Below are positions 1 through 10,949 of a stretch of DNA of 64,000 nucleotides, in pieces. The DNA is from Candidatus Dadabacteria bacterium (GTDB lineage Bacteria; Desulfobacterota_D; UBA1144; Nemesobacterales; CSP1-2): NCBI GenBank assembly GCA_963805855.1, contig CAWDVW010000006.1, positions 128,001 through 192,000 of the forward strand. Reading direction: 5' to 3'. How positions within the stretch are numbered: the stretch's first letter is position 1; each line of letters begins with the position of its first letter. The position numbers were made by a program, and so were the translations under genes. Under the pieces are notes generated by a model. It had not been told where the DNA came from. It did no database searches and worked only from the letters and a program-made list of their open reading frames with translations.

Positions 1-69
1 GGATACAGAAAGAAAACGGGTCATCGTCAAAAATATACATCTGTTGAAATAACCGAGATCGAAGGCTAG
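1..69 (+). CDS. rplU: 50S ribosomal protein L21, C-terminal end (truncated by window edge)
   Basis: Frame 1 reads [22 protein letters not shown], the L21 GHRQ motif; lies directly upstream of rpmA. Confidence 0.9.
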   Translation, partial: GYRKKTGHRQKYTSVEITEIEG

Positions 70-80
70 GAGGTTATTTT

Positions 81-341
81 ATGGCTACTAAAAAAGGCGG
101 GGGCAGCACAAGAAACGGAAGGGATAGCGCAGGGAGGAGATTGGGCGTGAAGAGGTTCGGAGGAGAATTTGTTAGGGCTGGCAACATACTTGCGAGACAG
201 AGGGGGACCAACTTTCATGCCGGCGAGAATGTGGGCACGGGTCGGGACTTCACGTTGTTTGCCCTGATCGATGGTAAGGTCAGGTTCGAAAGATTTGGCA
301 AGGAAAGAAAAAAAATAAGCGTTGAACCCGTCGAGCAGTAA
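81..341 (+). CDS. rpmA: 50S ribosomal protein L27
   Basis: [16 protein letters not shown]...RQRGT motif; AGGAGG RBS. Confidence 0.98.
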   Translation: MATKKGGGSTRNGRDSAGRRLGVKRFGGEFVRAGNILARQRGTNFHAGENVGTGRDFTLFALIDGKVRFERFGKERKKISVEPVEQ

Positions 342-734
342 TTTTTTTAGATTTATCATTATAACCGCGTAAGGTTTGTTATTTCATGTTAGTTGTTTTC
401 TACTAAGATCTCTTACCTTTTCCCACTTCTTATCAGGTCTATCTGATGGATTGCTTTATAGGTTTTTGTAATAAAACGTTAGAGTTATACAGTAACCGGG
501 ATACCTCCTTGTAAATATCAAAATTTATGGCTGATTCCTCAAAATCCCCTTTTTCACGGGTCAGACTCTGGTAGTTCTTTACTAGATTAGATTTTCTTTG
601 TATTATGAAGAATTGTTTTATGTATTCGGTTGAGAAATTAGTCCTAAGAATGTTTAGACTTAACTTCACGGTTCTAAAGGGCAAAATAACAGATTGTCGG
701 TATGCTTTGATTTACCTACCGGGGGCTTATAGGT

Positions 735-1964
735 TTGTCTAAAAGGAAATTGGTCATTTCAACGACTAAGGGTCTGGTTTTATTAACAGTAATCATATTG
801 ATAATATCCGCGGTATTATCAGTTTTTAACTCTTATTTATACACAAAGAGGTTCGAGAAGCTCGAGATTAAGGAAATAAAGGCGCTATTTGAAAACGAAG
901 TTGATTTCACTCGTGTAGCGAAAAATCTGTTACAAAGCAGGAGCGAAGTCGCCTATCTAAAGCTCAAGAATGAAAGCGGTGTTCTGGAAGAGAGCTTTGG
1001 TACTGAAAACGGAGAAGGAATCAATGATGTCGAGATTAATACCCCCGAAAATAAGATAATAGTAGTTGGTTTAAAAAGGGTTCTTGACAAAGATTTAATA
1101 ATTTCCAATGTGGTATGGAGCGTTTTAATCGGGGTTGGTCTGGTGCTCATATTCCTCGTGCTATTTATCCAATTATCTTCTGATCAGAGTCAAAATCTTG
1201 AAAGGTTAATCTCGGCGATGAAGCGTGTTTCTCCGGACAATCTCGACATGAAATTGGCAATAAATGAATCGGTTCAAGATGAAGTCGCGATGATAAGGGC
1301 TTATGACAGTTTTAACCAAATGATGAACAGGCTAAAAAGAAAGGGAAGGGCGCCCGAAGCTGACGAAACGATCAATTTTCAACCTAAGGTTGTGATATCT
1401 GAGACTGAAGAAAAATCGAATTGGAGAGATGTGACCGCTCTGGTAACTAAGATTTCTAATTTTGAGAATCTATTAACACAAATCGATTCCGTAGAATTTA
1501 CAAATTTCTTGACAGAGTATAGAAAAACGGCTTCCTCAATTGTTTCCGATTACAATGGAACTATCGAAGCACTGCTGCAGGAGGAAATCGTAGCCCTCTT
1601 TAACGCACCAGATGAGCAGGATAACCCCGAGCTCAGGGCTGTCTGCGCAGCTGTTGAGGTACTTCAAGTACTTGCCAACATGAATAAGAAGAGGAAAGGG
1701 GACGGTAAAGATCCTATTAGTGGTAAGGTTGGAATTGCCGTAAGGCCAATTCAGTTTTATGACCAGGCCGGAATTCCACAGGGGGTCAAGGAAGTCATTT
1801 CAGAAGCAAGGATGCTAAGTGGTAACGCCCCGCTTTGGAAGGTAATTGTTTCGGAAAGTGTTTACGATACCATAAAGGATCATGTCGAAGTAAAGGGGAT
1901 TCCTTGGGGGAAGGAACAGCTATATTCGATAGTGTCCGTCGAAGAAGGAATAATTAACGTTTAA
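735..1964 (+). CDS. Membrane protein with two TM helices, a HAMP-like linker and a degenerate class III nucleotide cyclase domain
   Basis: Two hydrophobic helices; ...SFNQMMNRL HAMP-like end; cyclase-like IVALFNAP...RAVCAA; canonical Asp residues are absent. Confidence 0.7.
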   Translation: MSKRKLVISTTKGLVLLTVIILIISAVLSVFNSYLYTKRFEKLEIKEIKALFENEVDFTRVAKNLLQSRSEVAYLKLKNESGVLEESFGTENGEGINDVEINTPENKIIVVGLKRVLDKDLIISNVVWSVLIGVGLVLIFLVLFIQLSSDQSQNLERLISAMKRVSPDNLDMKLAINESVQDEVAMIRAYDSFNQMMNRLKRKGRAPEADETINFQPKVVISETEEKSNWRDVTALVTKISNFENLLTQIDSVEFTNFLTEYRKTASSIVSDYNGTIEALLQEEIVALFNAPDEQDNPELRAVCAAVEVLQVLANMNKKRKGDGKDPISGKVGIAVRPIQFYDQAGIPQGVKEVISEARMLSGNAPLWKVIVSESVYDTIKDHVEVKGIPWGKEQLYSIVSVEEGIINV

Positions 1965-2191
1965 TCAAACAGGACTCTTTGGACATTGTGTGTTATAAAA
2001 CGGTTTGTGATCTGATCGAACCTTATGATTTTCAATCATTCCCTCCGGTTATGTAATTAATCTTTGAACCCTCTCATTTTCAATGTTAACATTTTGTCTA
2101 GCCATCGAATTCCCTGCAGCTCGCCACAGGGTTATTCGTTAACCTACGATAGATGTAGGATTTTTGTTTAAGCGTTGGCGAGTGTGTTGAG

Positions 2192-3262
2192 ATGAACAAA
2201 ATTAATATAAAAGACCTTTGTCCACAAGAGCTGGAGGACTTGGTACGTAGCTTCGGTGAAGAGCCATACCGTGCCCGTCAAATAGGGAAATGGATATACA
2301 GGAAGGGTGCTAATTCGTTCGACCAGATGACTGATCTACCGAAGCGTTTTATAATAACTCTAAATGATTACCTTTTGTTGCACGAATCGCTTGTTCTTTT
2401 AGATGAGAGGTTATCTTCTGATGGAACCAAAAAATATCTCTTCCAGCTATCCGATGGAAAGAAGATAGAAAGCGTTCTAATTCCGGAAGACCGCAGATAT
2501 ACCCTTTGCATTTCTACTCAGGTGGGATGCGCCTTGGGTTGCACGTTCTGCCTTACCGGGAGGGTTGGTAAGATAAGGAATCTAACCGCTTCAGAAATTA
2601 TCGATCAATATCTCTTGGTTAACAGTTTTAATTCTCGCTGTATTACTAATCTGGTGTTCATGGGGATGGGAGAGCCTCTGGATAACCTTGAAAATACCGT
2701 GAGGGCCTTGAAAGTATTCACTCATGAGGATTTTGTGGGGATGTCACCCAAGAAGATAACCGTGTCAACTTCGGGACTGGTTCCACAGATCAGAGAGCTC
2801 GGAAATCAGGTGTCTGTGAATCTATCCGTGTCGCTTAATGCCCCTTTGGACGAGCTCAGGAATAAAATTATGCCCATAAACAGAAGATATCCGATTGAAG
2901 CACTAATTAAGGCTAGTAGAGATTTCCCCATGCCCAATAGAAAGACCCTGACTTTCGAGTATGTACTTATTAAAGGGCTGAATGATTCTGATAAGACTGC
3001 GAGGACACTTGGAAAACTTCTAAAAGGGATTAGGTGTAAGGTGAATCTTATACCGTTCAATGAGGCCTTTCCCCTGCCATATAAATCACCGAGCAGCGAC
3101 AGAGTATTAGGTTTTCAAGACATATTGATTTCTTATGGGATAAACGCAAGAATTAGAAAGAATCGGGGACGTGATATACTCGGAGCTTGCGGGCAGCTTG
3201 CGGCGAACTATCTGACTGCCAAACGCCAGAATGAACGAAAAATTACGCAGGGGATGAATTGA
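2192..3262 (+). CDS. rlmN: 23S rRNA m2A2503 / tRNA methyltransferase RlmN
   Basis: CISTQVGCALGCTFC radical SAM motif, MGMGEP, GACGQL. Confidence 0.95.
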   Translation: MNKINIKDLCPQELEDLVRSFGEEPYRARQIGKWIYRKGANSFDQMTDLPKRFIITLNDYLLLHESLVLLDERLSSDGTKKYLFQLSDGKKIESVLIPEDRRYTLCISTQVGCALGCTFCLTGRVGKIRNLTASEIIDQYLLVNSFNSRCITNLVFMGMGEPLDNLENTVRALKVFTHEDFVGMSPKKITVSTSGLVPQIRELGNQVSVNLSVSLNAPLDELRNKIMPINRRYPIEALIKASRDFPMPNRKTLTFEYVLIKGLNDSDKTARTLGKLLKGIRCKVNLIPFNEAFPLPYKSPSSDRVLGFQDILISYGINARIRKNRGRDILGACGQLAANYLTAKRQNERKITQGMN

Positions 3263-3272
3263 TTATAAGCTT

Positions 3273-5906
3273 ATGCAAGGCTCAGAAATTAGAAAGCAAT
3301 TTTTAGAATATTTTGTAGGCAAAGGCCACAGGATCGTCAAGAGTTCGTCTCTGATACCGAAGAACGATCCCACGCTCCTCTTTACGAATGCGGGGATGGT
3401 TCAGTTTAAGGACGTTTTCCTGGGAGTGGATAAAAGGGACTATAAAAGGGCCACATCTGCCCAAAAATGCCTGAGGGCGGGTGGAAAGCATAACGATCTG
3501 GAAAATGTGGGATACACAGCAAGACACCATACCTTCTTTGAGATGCTCGGAAATTTTTCGTTCGGCGACTATTTTAAGAATGAGGCGATAGATTTCGCAT
3601 GGGAATTAATCACAGAGATTTATAGGTTACCGACCGACAGGCTATGGGCTACCGTGTATGACGAAGACGATGAAGCGTATGATATCTGGAATAAAAAGAT
3701 CGGGCTCAGTGCCCAAAGAATAGTGCGCCTTGGGGAAAAGGATAATTTCTGGGCTATGGGTGAGACTGGCCCGTGCGGTCCTTGCTCTGAAATAGTAATC
3801 GACCAGGGGGAAAGCTTTGGTTGCGGTAAAGAGGATTGTAAAGTAGGGTGTGATTGCGACCGCTATTTAGAGCTGTGGAATCTTGTATTCATGCAGTATG
3901 TGAGGGATTCGTCGGGAAAACTGACTAACCTTCCTAATCCCAGCATCGATACAGGAATGGGACTCGAAAGAATCACTGCTGTCATTCAGGGCGTAAAAAG
4001 CAATTATGATACGGATCTCCTACGTGGGATAATTCGGGATATCGAGGAGATAGTCGGGAAATCCTACGGGGTAGATCCCTCGACGGATATATCGATGCGT
4101 GTAATTGCGGACCACGCACGAGCCGTGACATTCTTGATTTCCGACGGGGTTCTCCCTTTAAACGAAGGACGAGGATATGTGCTAAGGAGGATTCTGAGGA
4201 GAGCCGTTCGTCATGCAAGAATGCTAGACATTAAAGAGCCTTTTCTCTATAGACTGGCGAGCCGCGTAAAGGACATAATGAAAGATTCTTATCCGGAGAT
4301 TGAAGAAAGAATTGGTTTCGTCGAAGACGTGGTAAGAAACGAAGAAGTGAGATTTTTAGAGACAATCGACCGGGGTCTTGAGCTGTTGAACACTGAGGTT
4401 CAAAAGAGGGGTAAGGAAAAGATATTGCCTGGAAACGTTGTGTTTAAGCTCTATGATACGTACGGTTTTCCGGTTGACTTAACCGAGGATATAGCCAAAG
4501 AGCATGGCCTCGAAATCGATAGTCCGGGCTTTTTGAAGGAGATGGAGAAGCAAAAGAAACAGTCCAGGCTAGCTTGGAAGGGTCTTGGCGGGGAAGAGCT
4601 TATTCCTATCTATAAGGAGTTTGTGACGGGTGGGCTCAGTGTGATTTTCACCGGGTACGAGAACACCACGGACACCGGAAGGATCACGGCCATAATAAGA
4701 AATGGAGAACTCGTTGATAGCATTGCGGAGGGGGAGAGCGGAGAGCTGATAACAGACAGGACCCCCTTTTACGGAGAGTCCGGGGGCCAAGTAGGGGATA
4801 AGGGTACAATTGATGGTGATTCAGGGAGTGCCGGAGTTCTCGATACTATAAAACCGTTCCTTAACTTCGTCGTGCATCGTATAGTTGTCAAGAAAGGAAC
4901 CCTATGGGTTGGTGACAGGGTGGAGCTAAATGTTGATAAGCGCCTGAGATACGGGGCAAAGACACATCATACGACTACGCACATGTTGCACGCTGTTCTG
5001 AGGGAATTACTGGGATCACATGTCAGGCAGGCAGGCTCGCTGGTTGCACCTGAAAGGCTAAGATTCGATTTTACACATTTTTCTCCGATAGATGATGACA
5101 CTATCCGGAGAATCGAGGACACGATAAACAATAGGATTAGATGGGATGATGAGGTTACTATACAAACCGATATTTCCTACGATGAGGCAATTGCCCGCGG
5201 CGCGATTGCGATATTTGAAGAAAAATACGGAGACAGGGTCAGGGTCGTTAGTATCGGTGATTACAGTAAAGAGCTTTGCGGAGGCACTCATCTACACACG
5301 TCTGGAGAGGTTGGACTCTTCAAGATACTTCATGAGACTTCATCGTCTGCGGGGATTAGGAGGATAGAGGCTGTTGCAGGGGAATCGGGATGGAACTTTA
5401 TAAGGAAACAGGAAGAAACGCTCACCGAGGCATCAAATCTCTTAAAGGTTCCTAAATCTGATTTGATTCCAAGGTTAAAGAAGATCATTGAGGAAAACAT
5501 CAGTATTAAAGATGAAGTAAACGCTTATAAAAGCAAGATGATTAGCTCCAAAGTAGGGGAGCTTCTCGAACGGGTGGAAAAAATAAACGGAATAAATGTC
5601 CTCTCGGCTGAGGTTCCCGGAGAAGGTCCGGAGGATCTTAGAAAGATTTGGGATGATGTGAGGGGGAGATTCAAAAACGGTATTGTTGCCTTGGGTTGCA
5701 GGAGCGATGGGAAGGCATATATTTTAATCGGTGTTACAAAGGAATTGATTACTAAATATCATGCGGGAAAAATTGTTAAGGAGCTTGCCGGTATGATAGG
5801 GGGAGGGGGTGGTGGAAAGGCTGACATGGCCCAGGCCGGGGGCAATATGCCTGATAATTTAGACATTGTATTACGTAAGGTTTATGAAATCGTTTCAGGT
5901 GGATAA
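3273..5906 (+). CDS. alaS: Alanine--tRNA ligase
   Basis: DPTLLFTNAGM, HHTFFEMLGNFSFGDYFK, HTTTH and ELCGGTH editing motifs, GGGGG C-terminus. Confidence 0.99.
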   Translation: MQGSEIRKQFLEYFVGKGHRIVKSSSLIPKNDPTLLFTNAGMVQFKDVFLGVDKRDYKRATSAQKCLRAGGKHNDLENVGYTARHHTFFEMLGNFSFGDYFKNEAIDFAWELITEIYRLPTDRLWATVYDEDDEAYDIWNKKIGLSAQRIVRLGEKDNFWAMGETGPCGPCSEIVIDQGESFGCGKEDCKVGCDCDRYLELWNLVFMQYVRDSSGKLTNLPNPSIDTGMGLERITAVIQGVKSNYDTDLLRGIIRDIEEIVGKSYGVDPSTDISMRVIADHARAVTFLISDGVLPLNEGRGYVLRRILRRAVRHARMLDIKEPFLYRLASRVKDIMKDSYPEIEERIGFVEDVVRNEEVRFLETIDRGLELLNTEVQKRGKEKILPGNVVFKLYDTYGFPVDLTEDIAKEHGLEIDSPGFLKEMEKQKKQSRLAWKGLGGEELIPIYKEFVTGGLSVIFTGYENTTDTGRITAIIRNGELVDSIAEGESGELITDRTPFYGESGGQVGDKGTIDGDSGSAGVLDTIKPFLNFVVHRIVVKKGTLWVGDRVELNVDKRLRYGAKTHHTTTHMLHAVLRELLGSHVRQAGSLVAPERLRFDFTHFSPIDDDTIRRIEDTINNRIRWDDEVTIQTDISYDEAIARGAIAIFEEKYGDRVRVVSIGDYSKELCGGTHLHTSGEVGLFKILHETSSSAGIRRIEAVAGESGWNFIRKQEETLTEASNLLKVPKSDLIPRLKKIIEENISIKDEVNAYKSKMISSKVGELLERVEKINGINVLSAEVPGEGPEDLRKIWDDVRGRFKNGIVALGCRSDGKAYILIGVTKELITKYHAGKIVKELAGMIGGGGGGKADMAQAGGNMPDNLDIVLRKVYEIVSGG

Positions 5907-5943
5907 GGGATTCGTCGGTTATCGAGGGGTCGTGAGTTCCAGA

Positions 5944-6840
5944 CTATTTGGTTACGCCCTTCTTTTCCAGAACACTCTTAATCTTTTGTAATGCGGAACT
6001 CTCAATCTGTCTTACCCTTTCGCGCGAGATGTTGAGTTCTGATCCCAGTTCCTCGAGCGTCAGGGGATTTTCCGAAAGGATTCTGCTTTTTATGATAAAT
6101 TTTTCCCTATCTTTCAAGGAATCCATGGCAATATCAAGCCCACTTTTGAGATTTTCCTCCTCCTCGTTCTTGGAGATTAGCTCTTCTTGGTTTGTCAGGC
6201 CATCCACCAAAAAATCAAGGTGCGTAGATTCGTTGTTTGCTGCCAGTTCAGCGTCTAGAGACAGATCTTTTGTACCTATTCTTTGGTTCATCTCAACCAC
6301 CGCTTCATCCGATACGCCTAATTCTTCCGCCAGGTTTTTGTATTCGTCGGAACTGAGGATATCGTCAGTATAGTCCATTTTTTGCTTTGTCGAGCGAAGC
6401 TTATAGAAGAGCTTTCTCTGCGCCTGGTTGGTTCCGATCTTGACCAGACTCCAGGATTTGATAACAAAGTTCTGTATATAGGCCTTTATCCACCAGACAG
6501 CATATGAGATGAGTCGATAACCCTTGGTCGGGTCGAACCCTTTCACGGCATGCATGAGTCCGATGTTTCCCTCCTGGATCAGATCCATCGGGTTTAATCC
6601 ATAGTTTTTATAGGTGTTTGCTATTCGTACGACAAACTTGAGGTTTGAGGTAATCAGCTTCCTTGCGGCCTCAAGATCGCCGTTCTTTTTGTAACGCATT
6701 GCAAGCTCATATTCTTCTTCTCGGCTGAGTATGGGGTAGTTGCTTAACTCCGCAAGATATCGCTCTAGAGAAGTTGTATGAGCGGGAAGCGACGCTTTTA
6801 AACTTTCGTTTTCTTTGATATCTTCGTTAACTTCAGTCAT
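5944..6840 (-). CDS. rpoH: RNA polymerase sigma-32 factor
   Basis: DLIQEGNIGLM, YAVWWIKAYI, RpoH-box-like QRKLFYKLR, SRERVRQIE. Confidence 0.9.
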   Translation of the reverse strand: MTEVNEDIKENESLKASLPAHTTSLERYLAELSNYPILSREEEYELAMRYKKNGDLEAARKLITSNLKFVVRIANTYKNYGLNPMDLIQEGNIGLMHAVKGFDPTKGYRLISYAVWWIKAYIQNFVIKSWSLVKIGTNQAQRKLFYKLRSTKQKMDYTDDILSSDEYKNLAEELGVSDEAVVEMNQRIGTKDLSLDAELAANNESTHLDFLVDGLTNQEELISKNEEEENLKSGLDIAMDSLKDREKFIIKSRILSENPLTLEELGSELNISRERVRQIESSALQKIKSVLEKKGVTK

Positions 6841-7056
6841 CGTTGTTTACTTGAATTCCTTTTCCTACTACATTGCTTATTATAACCGAGTTTAGTGTAA
6901 CTCCATAATCCTTGGGCGGGAATAAATTCCGTCGTGTAATTAGGGTAGGTCACGGGTCCCTTCGCGCAGCCTCAGGGCAGGCTTGCTCGTGACAAATAAG
7001 AATTGGCCCTTGGGTCTTCCCTCGGCTAATATGCTCAGGTAGAACCCAGCATTCAA

Positions 7057-7788
7057 ATGAAGAAAAGAAGCAAGACAGAAGTTGAAATACGGAACATCTT
7101 AAGCGAGACACTACTGCATTCACTAAGGAGTAGTACTAAGGTTAATATCCTTAATCTGATCCTTAAATATTGCAATAAGACAAGCCACCACTCTGTTAAT
7201 GCAGTGTACTTGAAAGACTTGCTTGAAAGGACGGCGATTTTGGATCGGGTTGAATTCAATTTCAAACATGTTTCTAAAGACGATCATTTAAAGAGGCTGT
7301 TTGTGTTCGGGCCCGGAAACTCGATAAAGCTAAAAGGCAGATACGCTGAACACCAGACATTCATCTGTCGAAAAACAAAAGCTTATCTTAAAGTCATATC
7401 TCGTATGAAATCAGGGAGCGAAAGGTTTGACGACAAACTTCAGGATAAAGTGAGAGTTGGAGTGATGCTATTCAACCACGGATTTTTCTTTGAATGCCAC
7501 GAGTTTCTTGAGGGGATTTGGTTAAACGAGAGGGGCAGGGAAAAGTCCTTTCTTAAGGGCTTAATACACGCCTGTGTCGCCTTTTACCATCTTGAGTATG
7601 AAAATATCAAAGGCACCGCAAAGTACCTTAAAGGGAGCTCTGTTAAGCTAAAAGAATTCCAGCCAAATTTCTTAGGAATAGATGTAAGCAAACTCCTTTC
7701 AGACATTGATAAAGCTTTAAAGGTATTTGGGGAACCCGAGTTACGATACGCAGTAGATGACATCCCTGCGATCAAGCTAATTGAATAA
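7057..7788 (+). CDS. DUF309 domain protein
   Basis: C-terminal LFNHGFFFECHEFLEGIW...KGLIHACVAFYH motif. Confidence 0.75.
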   Translation: MKKRSKTEVEIRNILSETLLHSLRSSTKVNILNLILKYCNKTSHHSVNAVYLKDLLERTAILDRVEFNFKHVSKDDHLKRLFVFGPGNSIKLKGRYAEHQTFICRKTKAYLKVISRMKSGSERFDDKLQDKVRVGVMLFNHGFFFECHEFLEGIWLNERGREKSFLKGLIHACVAFYHLEYENIKGTAKYLKGSSVKLKEFQPNFLGIDVSKLLSDIDKALKVFGEPELRYAVDDIPAIKLIE

Positions 7789-7936
7789 TATTGTTTCTAC
7801 GGTTTTTATCATGCATCTTGTATCATGGATCCTCCATCTTGCCTCGTGCATCCTGCATTCCGTACCTTGACTGACTAAATTGAACCATATAAATTTATCA
7901 ACCTGATATACTGAGATTGGCTTTGTTTGTATCGGA

Positions 7937-8012
7937 TCCGGTGTAGCTCAGCTGGCAGAGCGGGTGGCTGTTAACCACTAGGTCGGGGGTTCGAATCCCT
8001 CCGCCGGAGCCA
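7937..8012 (+). tRNA. tRNA-Asn (GTT)
   Basis: TCCGGTGTAGCTCAG...CTGTTAA anticodon loop...GTTCGAATC...CCGGAGCCA; 76 nt with encoded CCA. Confidence 0.97.
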
Positions 8013-8050
8013 ATAATTATAATAGGCTACACCTTTACACGACGTTCTTA

Positions 8051-8096
8051 GGTACAACCCCCTTTTTGCCAAGCTCGGTTTAAGTTGGAATCATAG
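8051..8096 (+). repeat. Copy R0 of the ~45-bp IS3-end-like repeat (opposite strand to the five island copies)
   Basis: GGTACAACCCCCTTTTTGCCAAGCTCGGTTTAAGTTGGAATCATAG; CGGTTTAAGTTGGAATCATA is the exact reverse complement of 52082-52101. Confidence 0.85.
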
Positions 8097-8371
8097 AAAT
8101 TTTAATGCTTAATAGCAATACTATTACCTAGGGTATATGGGGTTGTTTATCAAAAATCTAGGTTACACGATGTACCCATTATGCCGGCAGGCCATTTTCG
8201 GTTTCTCCATACTTGCCCCTTGACTAGAAATTACATTTATCGTAGTATCAAGTAGAAGAGCGATTTGCAGTATAACACTCCTATGGCAGAAATATACTGC
8301 ATTTCTGCTGCCCAGCGTGATTATTAGTTAGACCAAGCACTATGTTGTGTTGGGTTTTGAAACAAGATTAG

Positions 8372-8836
8372 ATGGAGGAGGAAGCCATGAAGAGAGTAGC
8401 TTTGTTCGGGTTGTTTGGAATCGTCTTGCTCGTGGTAAGCGGGTGCGCCCCTATTTCGTTTTCTGCGTTTTCCCGCTACCGGGAGGTTGGCGATGTCAAG
8501 GGTACTATCCCCGTGCCGACATCATCTTTCGTCACCATTGGAAGTCTAGCCCTTCCGGCTGGCAACTATGTGGTCACTGCGAGCGTATACTTGACGAATG
8601 ATTCTCCAGACCCGGGTATCGCCTATTGCATGCTCATCGTCGGCGATCGGAATGCTCAGGTCATCGACTCGGCGCCGGCCGGCCAAGCGGTAAGCCAGGC
8701 ATTGACAGTTGCTAGCCAGCTATCGAGCAGAGGGATTGCAGCGCTGAAGTGCCGCAACAACGGCGTCAGTGGCAACTTGTCCATCCAGACGTTTAACCTC
8801 AATGCGATAGAGGTGGTGAGCCTGACGTTCCAGTAA
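8372..8836 (+). CDS. Hypothetical lipoprotein (start probably at 8387, MKRVAL)
   Basis: GGAGG RBS, lipobox VSGC, beta-rich mature domain. Confidence 0.7.
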   Translation: MEEEAMKRVALFGLFGIVLLVVSGCAPISFSAFSRYREVGDVKGTIPVPTSSFVTIGSLALPAGNYVVTASVYLTNDSPDPGIAYCMLIVGDRNAQVIDSAPAGQAVSQALTVASQLSSRGIAALKCRNNGVSGNLSIQTFNLNAIEVVSLTFQ

Positions 8837-8957
8837 CGATAGCGAGACCAATAGGGACGTCTGTCCCTGTTGTTCCCAAAAATCCGGATCCATCTCGATT
8901 GACAGCACATAGTCTTGAAATCTGCGTCTGTTTTAACGGGTTATCCGGGGTTGATTA

Positions 8958-9335
8958 TCACTCAAACTGACATGGGCCAAAGTCAATGTCCGGCGTATCT
9001 ACTATGTCATCGGAGAAAATGCCAAAAATCCCTGGGAATCCATCAACGCTCGTGATTCTTAGCTCGTTGTAACTGACAAACCCACAAAAGATAGTTCCAC
9101 AATCCAGAGCAACACATTCCTCTCCAAGAAATGATTCCGGAGGGATTGTAGCTGATTCGTCGTCGGGTGGACCTATTTCCTCACAAAAGTAACGGTTACA
9201 GGCCTGAAAAAGGTCTTCAGCCACGCATGCGGATAGTTCCAGCTCCCTATTCGGGATACAACTGGTACCACCGTTCCCATCACAGGCGATAAAAGTGAGC
9301 CACATCAATAGCACAATAAGACTTAAGGTTTTCAT
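8958..9335 (-). CDS. Cys-rich acidic hypothetical lipoprotein
   Basis: MKTL...FIAC lipobox followed by DGNGG linker and several Cys. Confidence 0.65.
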   Translation of the reverse strand: MKTLSLIVLLMWLTFIACDGNGGTSCIPNRELELSACVAEDLFQACNRYFCEEIGPPDDESATIPPESFLGEECVALDCGTIFCGFVSYNELRITSVDGFPGIFGIFSDDIVDTPDIDFGPCQFE

Positions 9336-10085
9336 AAGGCCATAACCTTTGATTCTTTCCTCTCCAAATACAATCCTAGGACTTCCTCAATTACATGTCA
9401 ATAGGACTTTAATGTCTCACGAGTGAGACATGAGAGGCGAGAGGCATGGGATCCGGGAGACATTAGTCCATTTGGGACGTAGAGGATGGAAGGCCGGGGA
9501 GGATAAAGACAGAAAACGAGAAAAGGACGAAGGACAAATTGTGAGATCCGGATTTAGGATGGTGAGGCTAGGGGGGGGCAAGGGGAGCACGATGGGGTTT
9601 CGCCTTCCTAAAACTGGGAGTCCCCACTTTTCCCTCGCGGAGAAGAAAAAAAGTACGGTTCGTTTTTACCCCCAACGGGCTAGCTGACTTTTACGGCCGC
9701 GCGTCCAACGTCCCTATCATCCCTCTTGCTGCACAATGACCCTTCGGCCGTATCCTTGACCTTCGTCCTCAATTCTGGAACAAAAGGGTGATCAGGATAA
9801 CTAAATGCGGTTCCTGATTCTATCAGGTCGGGTGAATCTGATCGGATAGCTTTTCTTTATTTAAAAAAAGTTGTAAAATAGTAGACCAATAACAAAAAAA
9901 AACGGGGTTTATTCGTCGTTAAATGACCTTCCGTATCATAGATTAAGATCAGAGGGTTATTCGAATTAATTTCCCACAATCGGTAGTCAGCTGGAAAGAG
10001 ACACTTGAAGATATTGAATTTTTAAAACAATAATATTATTAATATTATCACGTATGTTTCTATCGAGATTAAAGGAGGAGTAGCC

Positions 10086-10745
10086 ATGGCATTAAGAATC
10101 AACGATGAAGCGCCTAATTTTACGGCTGACACAACTGAAGGGAGAATTGATTTTCACGAGTGGATTGGCGAAAGTTGGGCGATACTATTCTCCCATCCAA
10201 AAGACTTTACGCCGGTTTGTACGACGGAATTGGGATACATGGCTGGCTTAGCGCCCGAATTTGCAAAGCGTAACTGCAAAATCATCGGTCTAAGTGTTGA
10301 TCCGGTGGAAAGCCACAACGAATGGGCAAAGGACATTGAAGAAACGCAGGGTCATGCTGTCAATTATCCCATGATTGGCGACACTGACCTGGCTGTGTCA
10401 AAACTCTACAATATGTTACCCGCAGACGAGGGCGGAACGTCTGAGGGCCGCACAGCTGCTACTAATGCGACTGTGCGTTCTGTGTTCATTGTTGGGCCAG
10501 ATAAAAAAATCAAGCTTATGCTGACCTACCCGATGACTACGGGACGTAACTTTGATGAGATTTTGCGTGTGCTTGACTCCATGCAGTTAACCGTTCAGCA
10601 TAAAGTTGCTACGCCTGTCAACTGGAAAACTGGAGATGATGTCATTATTGTGCCGGTGGTATCTGACGATGAGGCAAAGAAAATGTTCCCGGAAGGTTGG
10701 AAAACATTTAAGCCATATTTGCGCGTAGTCAAGCAACCGCGTTAA
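10086..10745 (+). CDS. 1-Cys peroxiredoxin (Prx6 family)
   Basis: FSHPKDFTPVCTTELG motif, YPMTTGRNFDEILR; strong RBS. Confidence 0.95.
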   Translation: MALRINDEAPNFTADTTEGRIDFHEWIGESWAILFSHPKDFTPVCTTELGYMAGLAPEFAKRNCKIIGLSVDPVESHNEWAKDIEETQGHAVNYPMIGDTDLAVSKLYNMLPADEGGTSEGRTAATNATVRSVFIVGPDKKIKLMLTYPMTTGRNFDEILRVLDSMQLTVQHKVATPVNWKTGDDVIIVPVVSDDEAKKMFPEGWKTFKPYLRVVKQPR

Positions 10746-10949
10746 GCTACTATACCTAAAAGTCATTTCAAGCGTGTACCTGCTCTGGTGAGCTTTACCT
10801 AGTGTTGATGACCTTTCCGAGTTTAGTGTGTCTTCGAGGTCTTATTGAGGAAGTCAACGGCACTGCTGAATTGTCTGACGCCGATGCTTTGTCCTCCAGG
10901 AGACAATAAGTATCTTTGCAACAGAGCATTTCTTGCTTAATGCAAATCG

